Source: a candidate division WOR-3 bacterium
Lineage (GTDB): Bacteria > Hydrothermota > Tepidihabitantia > Tepidihabitantales > Tepidihabitantaceae
Direction: 5' to 3'
DNA: 64,000 bases
Assembly: GCA_026418295.1 (NCBI GenBank)
Contig: JAOABP010000006.1
Location: 1,024-65,023, forward strand
The position numbers were made by a program, and so were the translations under genes. Position 1 is the first letter of the stretch; every line of letters begins with the position of its first letter. This document shows positions 54,307-62,923 of this stretch, piece after piece. The notes under the pieces are model-generated. The model ran no database searches. It was not told the DNA's origin and worked only from the letters and a program-made list of their open reading frames with translations.

Positions 54307-55692
54307 ATGAAAAGGCTGCTGTTTGTGGGAATCCTGCCGGCGCTTGTCTTTGGAATCTATGACATGAAGTGGTTTGATCTGAATAACTGGCGGTGTCCGT
54401 TCTACAATGATGGTCGCTGGGGAATTGATATTACAACTGGTTCTGGTGCGCCGGGTGGTTCCTGGCCCCAGCCGCTGAGGAATTTCTATATCTTCGGAGC
54501 CGGGACATGGATTGGCACGATTGTCGATAATGATACTCTTACTACCTGCGGGTATAATCCCAACTCGGGAGGTACGGAGATGTTTCCGGCACTGTGCCGT
54601 TACTGGCGGCAGACACCCATGGATTCTGCTGACCGGATTTATAAATATCCCGGGGACTGGCCGCCGCCGGCAGCCAGATTTCCGATGGCACCACAGCAGG
54701 TGCGTTCGGAAATGGACCTGTGGATGTGTTACGGCGATTCTGAGCCCAGTTGTCATATATCCCCGGGAAGGCCTTTGGGGGTGGATGTCTATCTTACCGT
54801 CTACGGATTCTCCGATTCATTTTCACGAGACATATTCATTCTGAAGTATGAACTTGCCAACGCCTCAGGCAGCCGTCGGGACGAAGTTTATTTCGGGCTG
54901 GTGGTTGATGCCGATATCGGGAATTATGCTGATGATATGGCCGGTTTGATTCTGAACAGGCGGTTTATTGTCGGTACCGATACCTTCTGGGTGAAGAACA
55001 CCGGTTTCTTCTATGATTATGATAATGTGGAGACCCGCAGTTCGGTGTGGGAATCAGGGACCCCAGGTGCCGTAGCCATCCGGCTGCTCCACGCTCCGGA
55101 CAATTTGAATCTGACCGTATTCAAGCGGTTTTCAATTGAGATTGACCCGGTGCGGGATCCTGAACAGTATCTGACCTTAAAGGGTTATAACTACCGGACC
55201 GGTGAATACGAACCTTATGACTCACTGGATCCGGCGCCAGGAGACAAACGGGCACTTTTGGCTGTTGGTCCGTTTAATCTGTTGGCGGATTCAGTGGCGA
55301 CCTTTTACTTTGCGGTAATCGCCTCACCCTACGGTGCTCCGGGGCAGGGTCCACAGGGTAGAGATACTACCGAACTGGCACTGCGGTGCTGGTGGGCGGA
55401 GCGGCTGCTTGCCAGAATTCTGGGCATTGAGGAGGCACAGGAGGTCAGATTTAAGCGAGGGTTGGCGGTTTATCCCAATCCCTGCCGGCTGGGAACTGTG
55501 ATGACCGTCAGTGGTGCTGATGGTGTCCGGATTTATGATCTTCAGGGCAGACTGGTGAAGGAGCTGAGCGGAAGTGATTTCCGCTGGGATGGAAGAGACA
55601 GTAGGGGCAGACTGGTGCCGGCTGGAGTTTATTTCTTCAGACCGGTTAATAATCAGGTGGAAGTTAGCAAGGTACTGCTGATTCCAGAGTAA
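54307..55692 (+). CDS. 461-aa secreted protein: same unassigned N-terminal domain as 47224-50106 + T9SS C-terminal sorting domain
   Basis: IYDMKWFDLNNWRCPFYNDGRWGIDITTGSGAPGGSWPQPLRNFYIFGAGTWIG aligns with the start of the 960-aa protein. CTD reads LAVYPNPC...VRIYDLQGRLVKEL...WDGRDSRGRLVPAGVYFF. Confidence 0.6.
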   Translation: MKRLLFVGILPALVFGIYDMKWFDLNNWRCPFYNDGRWGIDITTGSGAPGGSWPQPLRNFYIFGAGTWIGTIVDNDTLTTCGYNPNSGGTEMFPALCRYWRQTPMDSADRIYKYPGDWPPPAARFPMAPQQVRSEMDLWMCYGDSEPSCHISPGRPLGVDVYLTVYGFSDSFSRDIFILKYELANASGSRRDEVYFGLVVDADIGNYADDMAGLILNRRFIVGTDTFWVKNTGFFYDYDNVETRSSVWESGTPGAVAIRLLHAPDNLNLTVFKRFSIEIDPVRDPEQYLTLKGYNYRTGEYEPYDSLDPAPGDKRALLAVGPFNLLADSVATFYFAVIASPYGAPGQGPQGRDTTELALRCWWAERLLARILGIEEAQEVRFKRGLAVYPNPCRLGTVMTVSGADGVRIYDLQGRLVKELSGSDFRWDGRDSRGRLVPAGVYFFRPVNNQVEVSKVLLIPE

Positions 55693-55709
55693 CACGATTA
55701 CCCAATGTC

Positions 55710-57101
55710 TTATTGACGCCGCTCGAGATAAAAATCCTGCTGAATAAGTTGTCCCGGCGGTAAGTCAAGGGTACAGGACTGGGGAATGTAAGGTGCCGGC
55801 ACGCGAACTGATATTAGGTATCTGCCGCTCGGGAGATTCCTGATTGTATACATTCCGAGATCCGGGTCGGTCTCCTGCTCGCCATACACTGCACCTTTAT
55901 AGATTACAGTCCCAGACACAGGTTTTTTTGTTACCGCATCATAGATGGTGCCGGTAACCGTAGAGTAGCGCACCGGCTGGAGGGTGAGGACCGCCGACTG
56001 CTCGCGATCACCGATGATGAACATGGTATCGGTGCGCGTCTGGTAGTCTTTGCGGAAGGTGTGAATAATAAGGCGTCCGGGGGCAAGTCCGGTGATCAAC
56101 AGTTCCCCGGCCCGGTTGGTTTCACCGGTGAATTCCCGGACACCCTGAAGTTTGATACTGGCCCAGATCCGTTCACGGGTCAGGGCGTCAATTACCCGGA
56201 TACGCAGACTGCCATGACCGTAGCGCGGAAGGTTAAATCGAATGCCGAGTCGGTGAACTGTGCCCAGCTTACCGTAGCCTGAGAGCGAATAGTCAAGCGC
56301 AAGGTTTGTTAGATTGACACCGATGCCCATGGTCAGCCCGCTGAGCGCTCCGAGTTCATTGAGGTCCTGAGGTCCAGTCCGGTAGCCGGCACGCAGGCTC
56401 AGCTCAGTGATCGGCTGATACTCAATCCCCAGCCGGAGATGAAACTGCCGGTCACGGGGGTAAACGCCGTCAAGGAGTAGTCGTAATTTGCTGGCAGTCC
56501 AGGCAAGTCCGAGGACGAGCTCGGCAGGCAGAGTTTCCAGCTGGCTGTACTTCATTAAACCCAGATTGCGCACTGCCAGACCGGTTTTGAGGAACTCAAA
56601 AGGTTCGGCAGCGAAGCCGATATCCAGAGCAGTACCATAGCCGTAACCGGTATAAAGATTTTCATAACATCCCTTCAGTCCGGCACCGAGAAAATACCTT
56701 TCTGCGACCGGCACTCCGTAGCCGAGAGCAATGATACCGTTCCAGGCGGTAAAGGTGTCTCCGGGCTGGTTCTGTTCGTTCCAGAATTCGATCCCGGGCG
56801 TCGCGGAGTAGATCAGACTGAACCCGAAAACACCCCGCCCTGCGGGCAGGGCAAAATGCAGGAGTTCATCATTGGTGCCGTTATACCAGATCTGATGAGA
56901 CAAAGACAGGGCATAATCTCTGATTTTCCCCAGCCGGCCGCAGTTCCAGTAAAGGGCGGTGGCATCATCGACAGTTGCGGTCAGCGCATCCCCCAGCGCG
57001 GCACCGCGCGGACCCTCTGCCAGTCTGAGCAGGGGCAAGACCGAAGTTCCCGGTCCGGGATCGGTAAAGAGGGAGATAGCCACTAATAACAATATGCTCA
57101 T
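55710..57101 (-). CDS. PorV/PorQ-like barrel fused to two C-terminal carboxypeptidase-regulatory-like (Ig-fold) domains
   Basis: 463 aa. N-terminal LLRLAEGPRGAALGDALTATVDDATALYWNCGRLG signature. C-terminal GSLRIRVIDALTRERI... and VTGTIYDAVTKKPVSGTVIYKG...GMYTIRNLPSGRYLISV. Confidence 0.55.
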   Translation of the reverse strand: MSILLLVAISLFTDPGPGTSVLPLLRLAEGPRGAALGDALTATVDDATALYWNCGRLGKIRDYALSLSHQIWYNGTNDELLHFALPAGRGVFGFSLIYSATPGIEFWNEQNQPGDTFTAWNGIIALGYGVPVAERYFLGAGLKGCYENLYTGYGYGTALDIGFAAEPFEFLKTGLAVRNLGLMKYSQLETLPAELVLGLAWTASKLRLLLDGVYPRDRQFHLRLGIEYQPITELSLRAGYRTGPQDLNELGALSGLTMGIGVNLTNLALDYSLSGYGKLGTVHRLGIRFNLPRYGHGSLRIRVIDALTRERIWASIKLQGVREFTGETNRAGELLITGLAPGRLIIHTFRKDYQTRTDTMFIIGDREQSAVLTLQPVRYSTVTGTIYDAVTKKPVSGTVIYKGAVYGEQETDPDLGMYTIRNLPSGRYLISVRVPAPYIPQSCTLDLPPGQLIQQDFYLERRQ

Positions 57102-57874
57102 CGGCGGTTAATCACCAGCTTTTTCTTTATCCGGCTCACCCGTGCGCCCCGGTGCCATTCAAGGAGATAGTCATAGGTTCCGGAAGCAACTGGCTGATTG
57201 CGGTCATTCCGCGCGTTCCAGTCGATCTGATGGACACCGGCAGCAAGTGGTTCGTGCTGCAAAAGAGTGGCGATGCGTTCGCCGGTGCGATTGAAAATCA
57301 ACAGGCTGACTTCACCATTATCCGGAATGCCGATGACAAATGTTGTCCGGTTGTCAAGAGGGTTGGGAAAGTTGTGAATCAGTAATCCCGGGATAAGTCT
57401 GATATTCAACCGGGCACTGTCCCGGACCAGGCTGTCATTATCAAGGAATCCGGTGATGACCACTGCTGCGCTGTCCAGTTTGCCGGTGTCGCCGATCAAG
57501 TCAGTCGGGGCTTCAATCCGGAGTGTGAAATAGTGCGGTCTGTCCGGGGTGACAAACCCGAGTTCGGGGAAGCCGTCACGGTCCTCGTCTGTCAGGAGCA
57601 AGGCGTTTGCCGAATCGTATAACTGGCCGGTCCAGCCGGCGGGTAAAAAAGGCGGCAGAAACTCTACAATTGAACCGGAATCCGCCGACAGATTGACAAA
57701 GAACCGGTAATTCTTTTTTTCACCGGTTTGCAGCTGGTCGTTCTGATCCGGAGCAATTTCCAGCCGAATAAGCGGGCGACCGGTGATGTTCTGCCTGAGG
57801 TTCAGCTGCGATCGGCCAGGGGTCAATATGATAAGCAGAACCCCGAGCACGCTCCACCTGCCGCTGCGGCTCAC
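57098..57874 (-). CDS. 258-aa secreted protein with T9SS C-terminal sorting domain
   Basis: GTG start and signal-like N-terminus. CTD reads IHNFPNPLDNRTTFVIGIPDNGEVSLLIFNRTGERIATL...WNARNDRNQPVASGTYDYLL. ATGA overlap with the downstream gene. Confidence 0.55.
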   Translation of the reverse strand: MSRSGRWSVLGVLLIILTPGRSQLNLRQNITGRPLIRLEIAPDQNDQLQTGEKKNYRFFVNLSADSGSIVEFLPPFLPAGWTGQLYDSANALLLTDEDRDGFPELGFVTPDRPHYFTLRIEAPTDLIGDTGKLDSAAVVITGFLDNDSLVRDSARLNIRLIPGLLIHNFPNPLDNRTTFVIGIPDNGEVSLLIFNRTGERIATLLQHEPLAAGVHQIDWNARNDRNQPVASGTYDYLLEWHRGARVSRIKKKLVINRR

Positions 57875-57880
57875 AGTAAA

Positions 57881-57908
57881 ATTTTAGCAATGCAGCGATG
57901 ATTGTCAA
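57881..57908 (-). promoter_or_regulatory. promoter TTGACA-16 nt-TAAAAT ending 6 nt before the GTG at 57874 (leaderless-type layout)
   Basis: Minus-strand read: TTGACAatcatcgctgcattgcTAAAATtttactGTG. Confidence 0.4.
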
Positions 57909-57944
57909 AAAATTGGTTACCTGCTGATATATAACCGAGCGGGA

Positions 57945-59531
57945 TTAATCAGAATGTCGGTAATGTTTTTTTAATATCAGAACCCCAATCGGTTTGGCAA
58001 ACTCGGCAATTCCCTTCAGTTTGATTGGGAGATGGCGAAAAGGAGTGCTCCAGTTGTAATCAATCAATTCCATTTTCAAAGGGAAGAGGGCCTGCAGCCG
58101 CTCCCAGTCCTGCGGATAAAGGCTGTTCAGTCGCTGATAATAGTAGTACTTGAGCAGAATGGCACCGATTGTGCTGTCGGCGAGTACTCCGGAATGGAGA
58201 CGGTAAGTGCCGGGTTCAAACAGTTCCCGGACCTGAAGTTGCCTGCCGGCACGGTGTGCGAGGTATTCTACCAGCGTGGGGTGCGAGGTAGCAACGGTGG
58301 TGTTGGGTTCAATTTGTCTGATCGCTTCCTCAAATGAGGCGTGGGTGCCGCGGTTAAAGTAGAGAAAACAGCCGGAATAGAGATTGTCGATACAGAGCAG
58401 GGTCAGGAGGCATAACCCGGCGCGGCGCAGGGTCCGGCCGGTGTCGGCTGCCAGCACCGTCAGTCCGCCGTTAAAAAGTGCCAGCAGGGCAGTGGGGAGC
58501 AGATAATAGTCGAACTTCCGCGAGAAGAGGAAGAAAAATGGCAGATGAATGATCAGATAGATCAGTACCAGCCGGCTGAACGGGTTCTTGTCCTTTACCC
58601 CTTTTATGAGTGCAATCAGCAAAAGGATGGATACTGCCGGTACCAGGAGGATGAAAATCAGTATCTCCCAGGGGTAAAACAGGCGGGGGACGAGGTTGTA
58701 GCCCAGATTGGCGCCCAGGGCGATGAGGTTGCCGAGCAGGTCCAGTTGCAGCATATTGATGTCATAACCACGGCTTGCCAGGATTTCAAAGAGCAGATTC
58801 CGACCGGTGAAGATGCTGAGGATGAAAAGAAGCAGTGCCGGTGGTGCAAGTCCGAGCAGAAATTTCCCCAGCATCTGCCAGCGTGACTGATATGATGTGA
58901 GAATGAAGATCACCGCCACTGCGGTGGCGCCGAGCGCTGTCTCCTTGGTCCAGAGCCCGAGACCAAGTACCACTCCGGCGCCCAAGGCGTATCTGCCGTT
59001 GCCAATTTGGAGTTCGCGGAGCAGAAGGAAAAAACTCAGGGTGATGAAAAAAAGCATCAGGATTTCCACCTGGCCCAGCCGGCTGTAGAGGCGGAGGCTG
59101 AACAGGGGCAGGGTCAGAAGTAATGCCGGCAGTGCGGTTGCCGGCGGATAAAGAAGCCGGGCGGTGAGATACAGGACTGGCAGAATTGCCGCACCGGTGA
59201 GGGCGGAGATCAGCCGGACTGAGGTCAGCAGCTCCATTCCCAGTAACTGAAGCAGGGCAGACAGGTAGACAAAAAGCGGGGGAAAGAACATGATGTCACT
59301 GCTGATGGGTGTTCTGTTATCAATCAGCGAGCGGGCACAGCGGGCATAGTTGATTTCATCGGGGAGCGGGCTCCAGTAGTTCAGCCGGATGAGATTGGCG
59401 GTCAGTATCAGTGCGAAGAGGAGCAGGGCGAGCTGATAATCACGACGGGTAAGAGGGGGGGTGTTCGATTCAGCCACTGCTGGGAGTTGCCTTTTTCCGG
59501 TGCGGTATAAGGGAAATGGCACCGATCGCAA
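57945..59531 (-). CDS. GT-C fold (GT39/ArnT-PMT_2-like) membrane glycosyltransferase
   Basis: 528 aa, polytopic, with a first-loop DE motif (WSPLPDEINYA). The start is uncertain: TTG at 59531, or GTG at 59477 which would reduce the overlap with the upstream gene to 8 nt. Confidence 0.6.
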   Translation of the reverse strand: MRSVPFPLYRTGKRQLPAVAESNTPPLTRRDYQLALLLFALILTANLIRLNYWSPLPDEINYARCARSLIDNRTPISSDIMFFPPLFVYLSALLQLLGMELLTSVRLISALTGAAILPVLYLTARLLYPPATALPALLLTLPLFSLRLYSRLGQVEILMLFFITLSFFLLLRELQIGNGRYALGAGVVLGLGLWTKETALGATAVAVIFILTSYQSRWQMLGKFLLGLAPPALLLFILSIFTGRNLLFEILASRGYDINMLQLDLLGNLIALGANLGYNLVPRLFYPWEILIFILLVPAVSILLLIALIKGVKDKNPFSRLVLIYLIIHLPFFFLFSRKFDYYLLPTALLALFNGGLTVLAADTGRTLRRAGLCLLTLLCIDNLYSGCFLYFNRGTHASFEEAIRQIEPNTTVATSHPTLVEYLAHRAGRQLQVRELFEPGTYRLHSGVLADSTIGAILLKYYYYQRLNSLYPQDWERLQALFPLKMELIDYNWSTPFRHLPIKLKGIAEFAKPIGVLILKKHYRHSD

Positions 59532-61950
59532 TCAGAAACATGATGGAGATGAGGGTCAGAATGAGGCCCAGTCTGAAATAACGTGGAATGTGGGTAAGTT
59601 CAATCTGGTGCGTCCCGGGGGAAAGCGGGACAGCCCGCAGGGTATGGAATGCCGGAAGCAGAGTCCCGGAGTTGCCGTCAACCCGGACCTGCCAGTCAGG
59701 ATGGTAGTTTTCGCTTAAAATCAGCAGTCCGGGCTGGCTGAGCTGTGCCTGAAGGCGGATGATATTCGGATCGTAGAAGGTGATGGTGCAGCGGGCGGTG
59801 GTGTCGGGAGCGGTTAGCGGTGGCAGACCCGGATCGGTATAGAGGAGCGCGGTGTGCGCCGGATCAAATGCCGAATCCATCAGCCGGGCAAGCAGTTCCT
59901 CCCGGCTGTTTACCAGTTGATAATTGAAGACAATAAAAGCCCGGGGCAGACAGCGGAGGTTCTGGTAGATCGCATAGCGGGCACCGGTAAAGACCGGCTG
60001 GAACCAGGGCTGGCTGAAATAGGTCTTCAGCTGGCTGATAATCTGCCGGGTCTGGGCATCATAGCGGGACAGGTCTTCGGGCAGGTTGAGGGTGATCACA
60101 TACTTGACATTGAGCAGGTTCATGAAGTTGGGATTCAGGAGGTTGTTCGCCTGGAACATGACACTTTTGCCTGCACCGATGAAGTCCTGATAGCTCTGAA
60201 GCGGATTGGGCATCTGTCCGCCCGTGGAATGGATGTTATGGAGCCAGAGTTCGCCCTCATCGGAACGTTCGTAATTCAGGGGCAGGACCCGGAAGCAGGA
60301 GGAGTCACGACTCAGGAAGCGGACCACCTCATCCGGGGCAAAGTATTCCTGCGGTGGCGGCATGGCACGGATGTAGCCACGGCTGTTGTCCCAGAGCCGG
60401 AGTGCAATTCCGATGTCTATGGTCATTACAAGCGCAGTGAACAGGGAAAACAGCTGGGGCTGGAGCCGGTTCCGAGTAATCAGAACAACCAGTCCGGTGC
60501 CGATGAGCCAGACCAGAAGTGCCCAGACCAGTCCGGTGAGGAGTGCCGGATAGTTGGCTTCAAACTGGGCAAGCCGGGCGCCGGGGTTGAAGAGGGCGGT
60601 AACAGCGTTCCGACCGGCAAGGAAGAAGAGCAGTAGCAGGAGCAGAGCGGCGGCAGCATAAAGGAGCAGACGGAGGTCGTTTTTTCTTTCCGGGGAATGC
60701 TGGCGGTCAAGGAGCCGGTCAATTCCGAAGCCGGCAAGGACACAGATGGAAAAGCCGGCTAAAAAGAAGATCATGCCGGGACCGCGGAATTTGCTCAACC
60801 CGGGCAGGAGATGATAGGGCAGGCGATAAAAGGGGGTGTTGCCGCCCCATGCCATCAGCAGGGCGATGATGAAGGTGAAAAAGAAGAAGCGGGTACGGGC
60901 ATTTTTCCAGGTGCGGATCAGTCCGAGCAGGGCAAAGAGGAGTGGCAGGATACCCAGGTACTCGCTGTGCAGTTTGAACGGGTTTCTGCTCCAGTAGTTT
61001 TCCAGTCCACCCGAGAAGCGGGGGGTCAGCAGATCCAGAATCTCGGCAATCGGCATTGACCAGGAGGTTGCAAACTCATAACCCCGTTCCGCACCCCGGG
61101 CACCATAAGGCAGGTTGCCGTAGATCGGCAGATACTGGACCGCTGCCAAGCCGAAGGCAAAGAGCATGGTCAGCACAAAGTATCCGGCAAGGCGCAAACC
61201 AAGCCCGGTATTTTTCTCCTGACGGAGGGTGCGGATAAAGCAGAAAATAAACCAGGCAAGGAGGATCAAGCCCGTGTAATAGACCTTCTGAATGTGGCCC
61301 GAGAGCAGTTGCAGTCCGAGGGTCATGCCGGTGAGGGCAAACCAGATAAGCTGGCGCCGGTTGATGCCGCGGGTGATGAAAAAGAGCGCCAGCGGCATCA
61401 GTGAGGAGCCGATCAGTCTGCCGTCATGGCCGGCAAGGGCAAGGGTGAGCAGTGAGCCGGAGAACATATAGGCAACGCCGGCAAGAAAGGCGGCAAGGGT
61501 GTGCAGTTTCAGTTCCCTCAGAAACAGGTAGGTGCCGAGCCCGGCAATGAAGGTCTGGAGGAAGAAGGTCCAAGCCCAGACCACATGGACCGGCAGAAAG
61601 AGCCGCAGGAGCATCGTGGGATAGAACAGGTCACCAAAGAAGGCGGCGACCGTGGGCTGGCCGGAGAGAATCTGAGGCTGCCAGAAGGCGACAGTCAGAT
61701 GTTTGCGGATGTATTCTGCCATGAACTGGTGGGCGGCATAGCCACCACCGCCGATGAAGTCGGTGCCAAACATCATTACCGTGCCGAAGAGGAATCTGCC
61801 GAAAAAGACCAGCGGCAGAATAAAAAGGATGGCGAGCGCATAACGGTGCAGCCGGTTTTCCGGGACCGGCCCGGAGCGGCTCCGGTCCGCACCTCCTGCG
61901 GGCGTTTTTCCGGGCGGTGAAACTTTCTGCGGATGGTGCTTTTTTGCCAT
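59470..61950 (-). CDS. YfhO-family-like large membrane protein (GT-C type glycosyl/polymer transferase candidate)
   Basis: About 826 aa. The ATG at 61950 lies 7 nt after a GGAGG that overlaps the upstream stop, and the ORF-track start at 61983 overlaps the upstream gene. Many TM helices, a large C-terminal extracytoplasmic domain, and a final TM helix. Confidence 0.55.
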   Translation of the reverse strand: MAKKHHPQKVSPPGKTPAGGADRSRSGPVPENRLHRYALAILFILPLVFFGRFLFGTVMMFGTDFIGGGGYAAHQFMAEYIRKHLTVAFWQPQILSGQPTVAAFFGDLFYPTMLLRLFLPVHVVWAWTFFLQTFIAGLGTYLFLRELKLHTLAAFLAGVAYMFSGSLLTLALAGHDGRLIGSSLMPLALFFITRGINRRQLIWFALTGMTLGLQLLSGHIQKVYYTGLILLAWFIFCFIRTLRQEKNTGLGLRLAGYFVLTMLFAFGLAAVQYLPIYGNLPYGARGAERGYEFATSWSMPIAEILDLLTPRFSGGLENYWSRNPFKLHSEYLGILPLLFALLGLIRTWKNARTRFFFFTFIIALLMAWGGNTPFYRLPYHLLPGLSKFRGPGMIFFLAGFSICVLAGFGIDRLLDRQHSPERKNDLRLLLYAAAALLLLLLFFLAGRNAVTALFNPGARLAQFEANYPALLTGLVWALLVWLIGTGLVVLITRNRLQPQLFSLFTALVMTIDIGIALRLWDNSRGYIRAMPPPQEYFAPDEVVRFLSRDSSCFRVLPLNYERSDEGELWLHNIHSTGGQMPNPLQSYQDFIGAGKSVMFQANNLLNPNFMNLLNVKYVITLNLPEDLSRYDAQTRQIISQLKTYFSQPWFQPVFTGARYAIYQNLRCLPRAFIVFNYQLVNSREELLARLMDSAFDPAHTALLYTDPGLPPLTAPDTTARCTITFYDPNIIRLQAQLSQPGLLILSENYHPDWQVRVDGNSGTLLPAFHTLRAVPLSPGTHQIELTHIPRYFRLGLILTLISIMFLIAIGAISLIPHRKKATPSSG

Positions 61951-61954
61951 TTTA

Positions 61955-62923
61955 TTACCTCCGGAGTTTATCCGTTTTCTCATCCTTCAGTCTGCGGCTC
62001 AGAACCGGCAGACAGAGAAGCGCCATTGCCAGTTCGGCGGTGCTCATCCAGATTCTGGTGATCAACGCTGATATGATAGCAACTGTTTCCGGCATTACCA
62101 GTTTGAGTATGTAAGTATAGATGCCTTCACGGATGCCGAGTCCGGCCGGGGCAATCAGGATGACAAACCCCAGAATCCAGGAGATGGCGTATCCGCCCAG
62201 CAGAATCGGCAGCCGGGAAAGGGGCAGGGGATAAAAGGAATTGAAGAGCACAAAACAGCCCACACCCTGAACAAACCAGTCCAGGACATAGACGCCAAGA
62301 ATAAGCAGTAACCGGGGGTAGGAGATTCGGAGTTCAAAGAGGGGCTGCCGGAACAGCCGGAGCAGCGGTTTGAGGATGCGGTTGAGAATCGGGGGATAGG
62401 TGACCAGCAGAGTGAGAGGCGCAAGGAGGAATGAGTAATAAATGGTGCGGGGAACAACGGTGCGGGGCAGGAGCAGAATGGCAAAGGCGAACAGGAATAT
62501 CGCGGCGAGGAGAAGAAAGCCGGTTTCAATGACCACACTGGCGAGGCTTCGGGCTTCCGGAACGCCTTCCCGGCGGGCAAAGGACATTCTGCCGAGTGTG
62601 AACCAGACCTTGCCGGGTGCATATTTCCCCAGCTGAGTGACCGTGAGAATTGCGAGTGCCCGTCCGAACGGGAGCCGGGCGTCCAGACCGGCAAGGAGCA
62701 GCTGCCAGCCCCAGGCACCGAGCGGGAAATGAAACAGAAGCAGAATGAGATAGGAGAGAATCAGGAGTCCGGGCTGAAAGCGGATACGGTCAAATGGAAT
62801 CTGGTGCCAGTCGCGGATGAGCCGGCTGAGGAGAAAATAGAATGAGACGACGACGATGAGCGTGCCCAGCGTATATCGGAGCCAGTTGAGTCTTTTCTGC
62901 GGGCGGTCCGGGCCGGTGTTCAT
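61955..62923 (-). CDS. flippase-like (UPF0104 / LPG-synthase-TM family) membrane protein
   Basis: 322 aa, about 8 TM helices, LGKYAPGKVW motif. ATGA overlap with the upstream GT4 gene. Confidence 0.55.
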   Translation of the reverse strand: MNTGPDRPQKRLNWLRYTLGTLIVVVSFYFLLSRLIRDWHQIPFDRIRFQPGLLILSYLILLLFHFPLGAWGWQLLLAGLDARLPFGRALAILTVTQLGKYAPGKVWFTLGRMSFARREGVPEARSLASVVIETGFLLLAAIFLFAFAILLLPRTVVPRTIYYSFLLAPLTLLVTYPPILNRILKPLLRLFRQPLFELRISYPRLLLILGVYVLDWFVQGVGCFVLFNSFYPLPLSRLPILLGGYAISWILGFVILIAPAGLGIREGIYTYILKLVMPETVAIISALITRIWMSTAELAMALLCLPVLSRRLKDEKTDKLRR

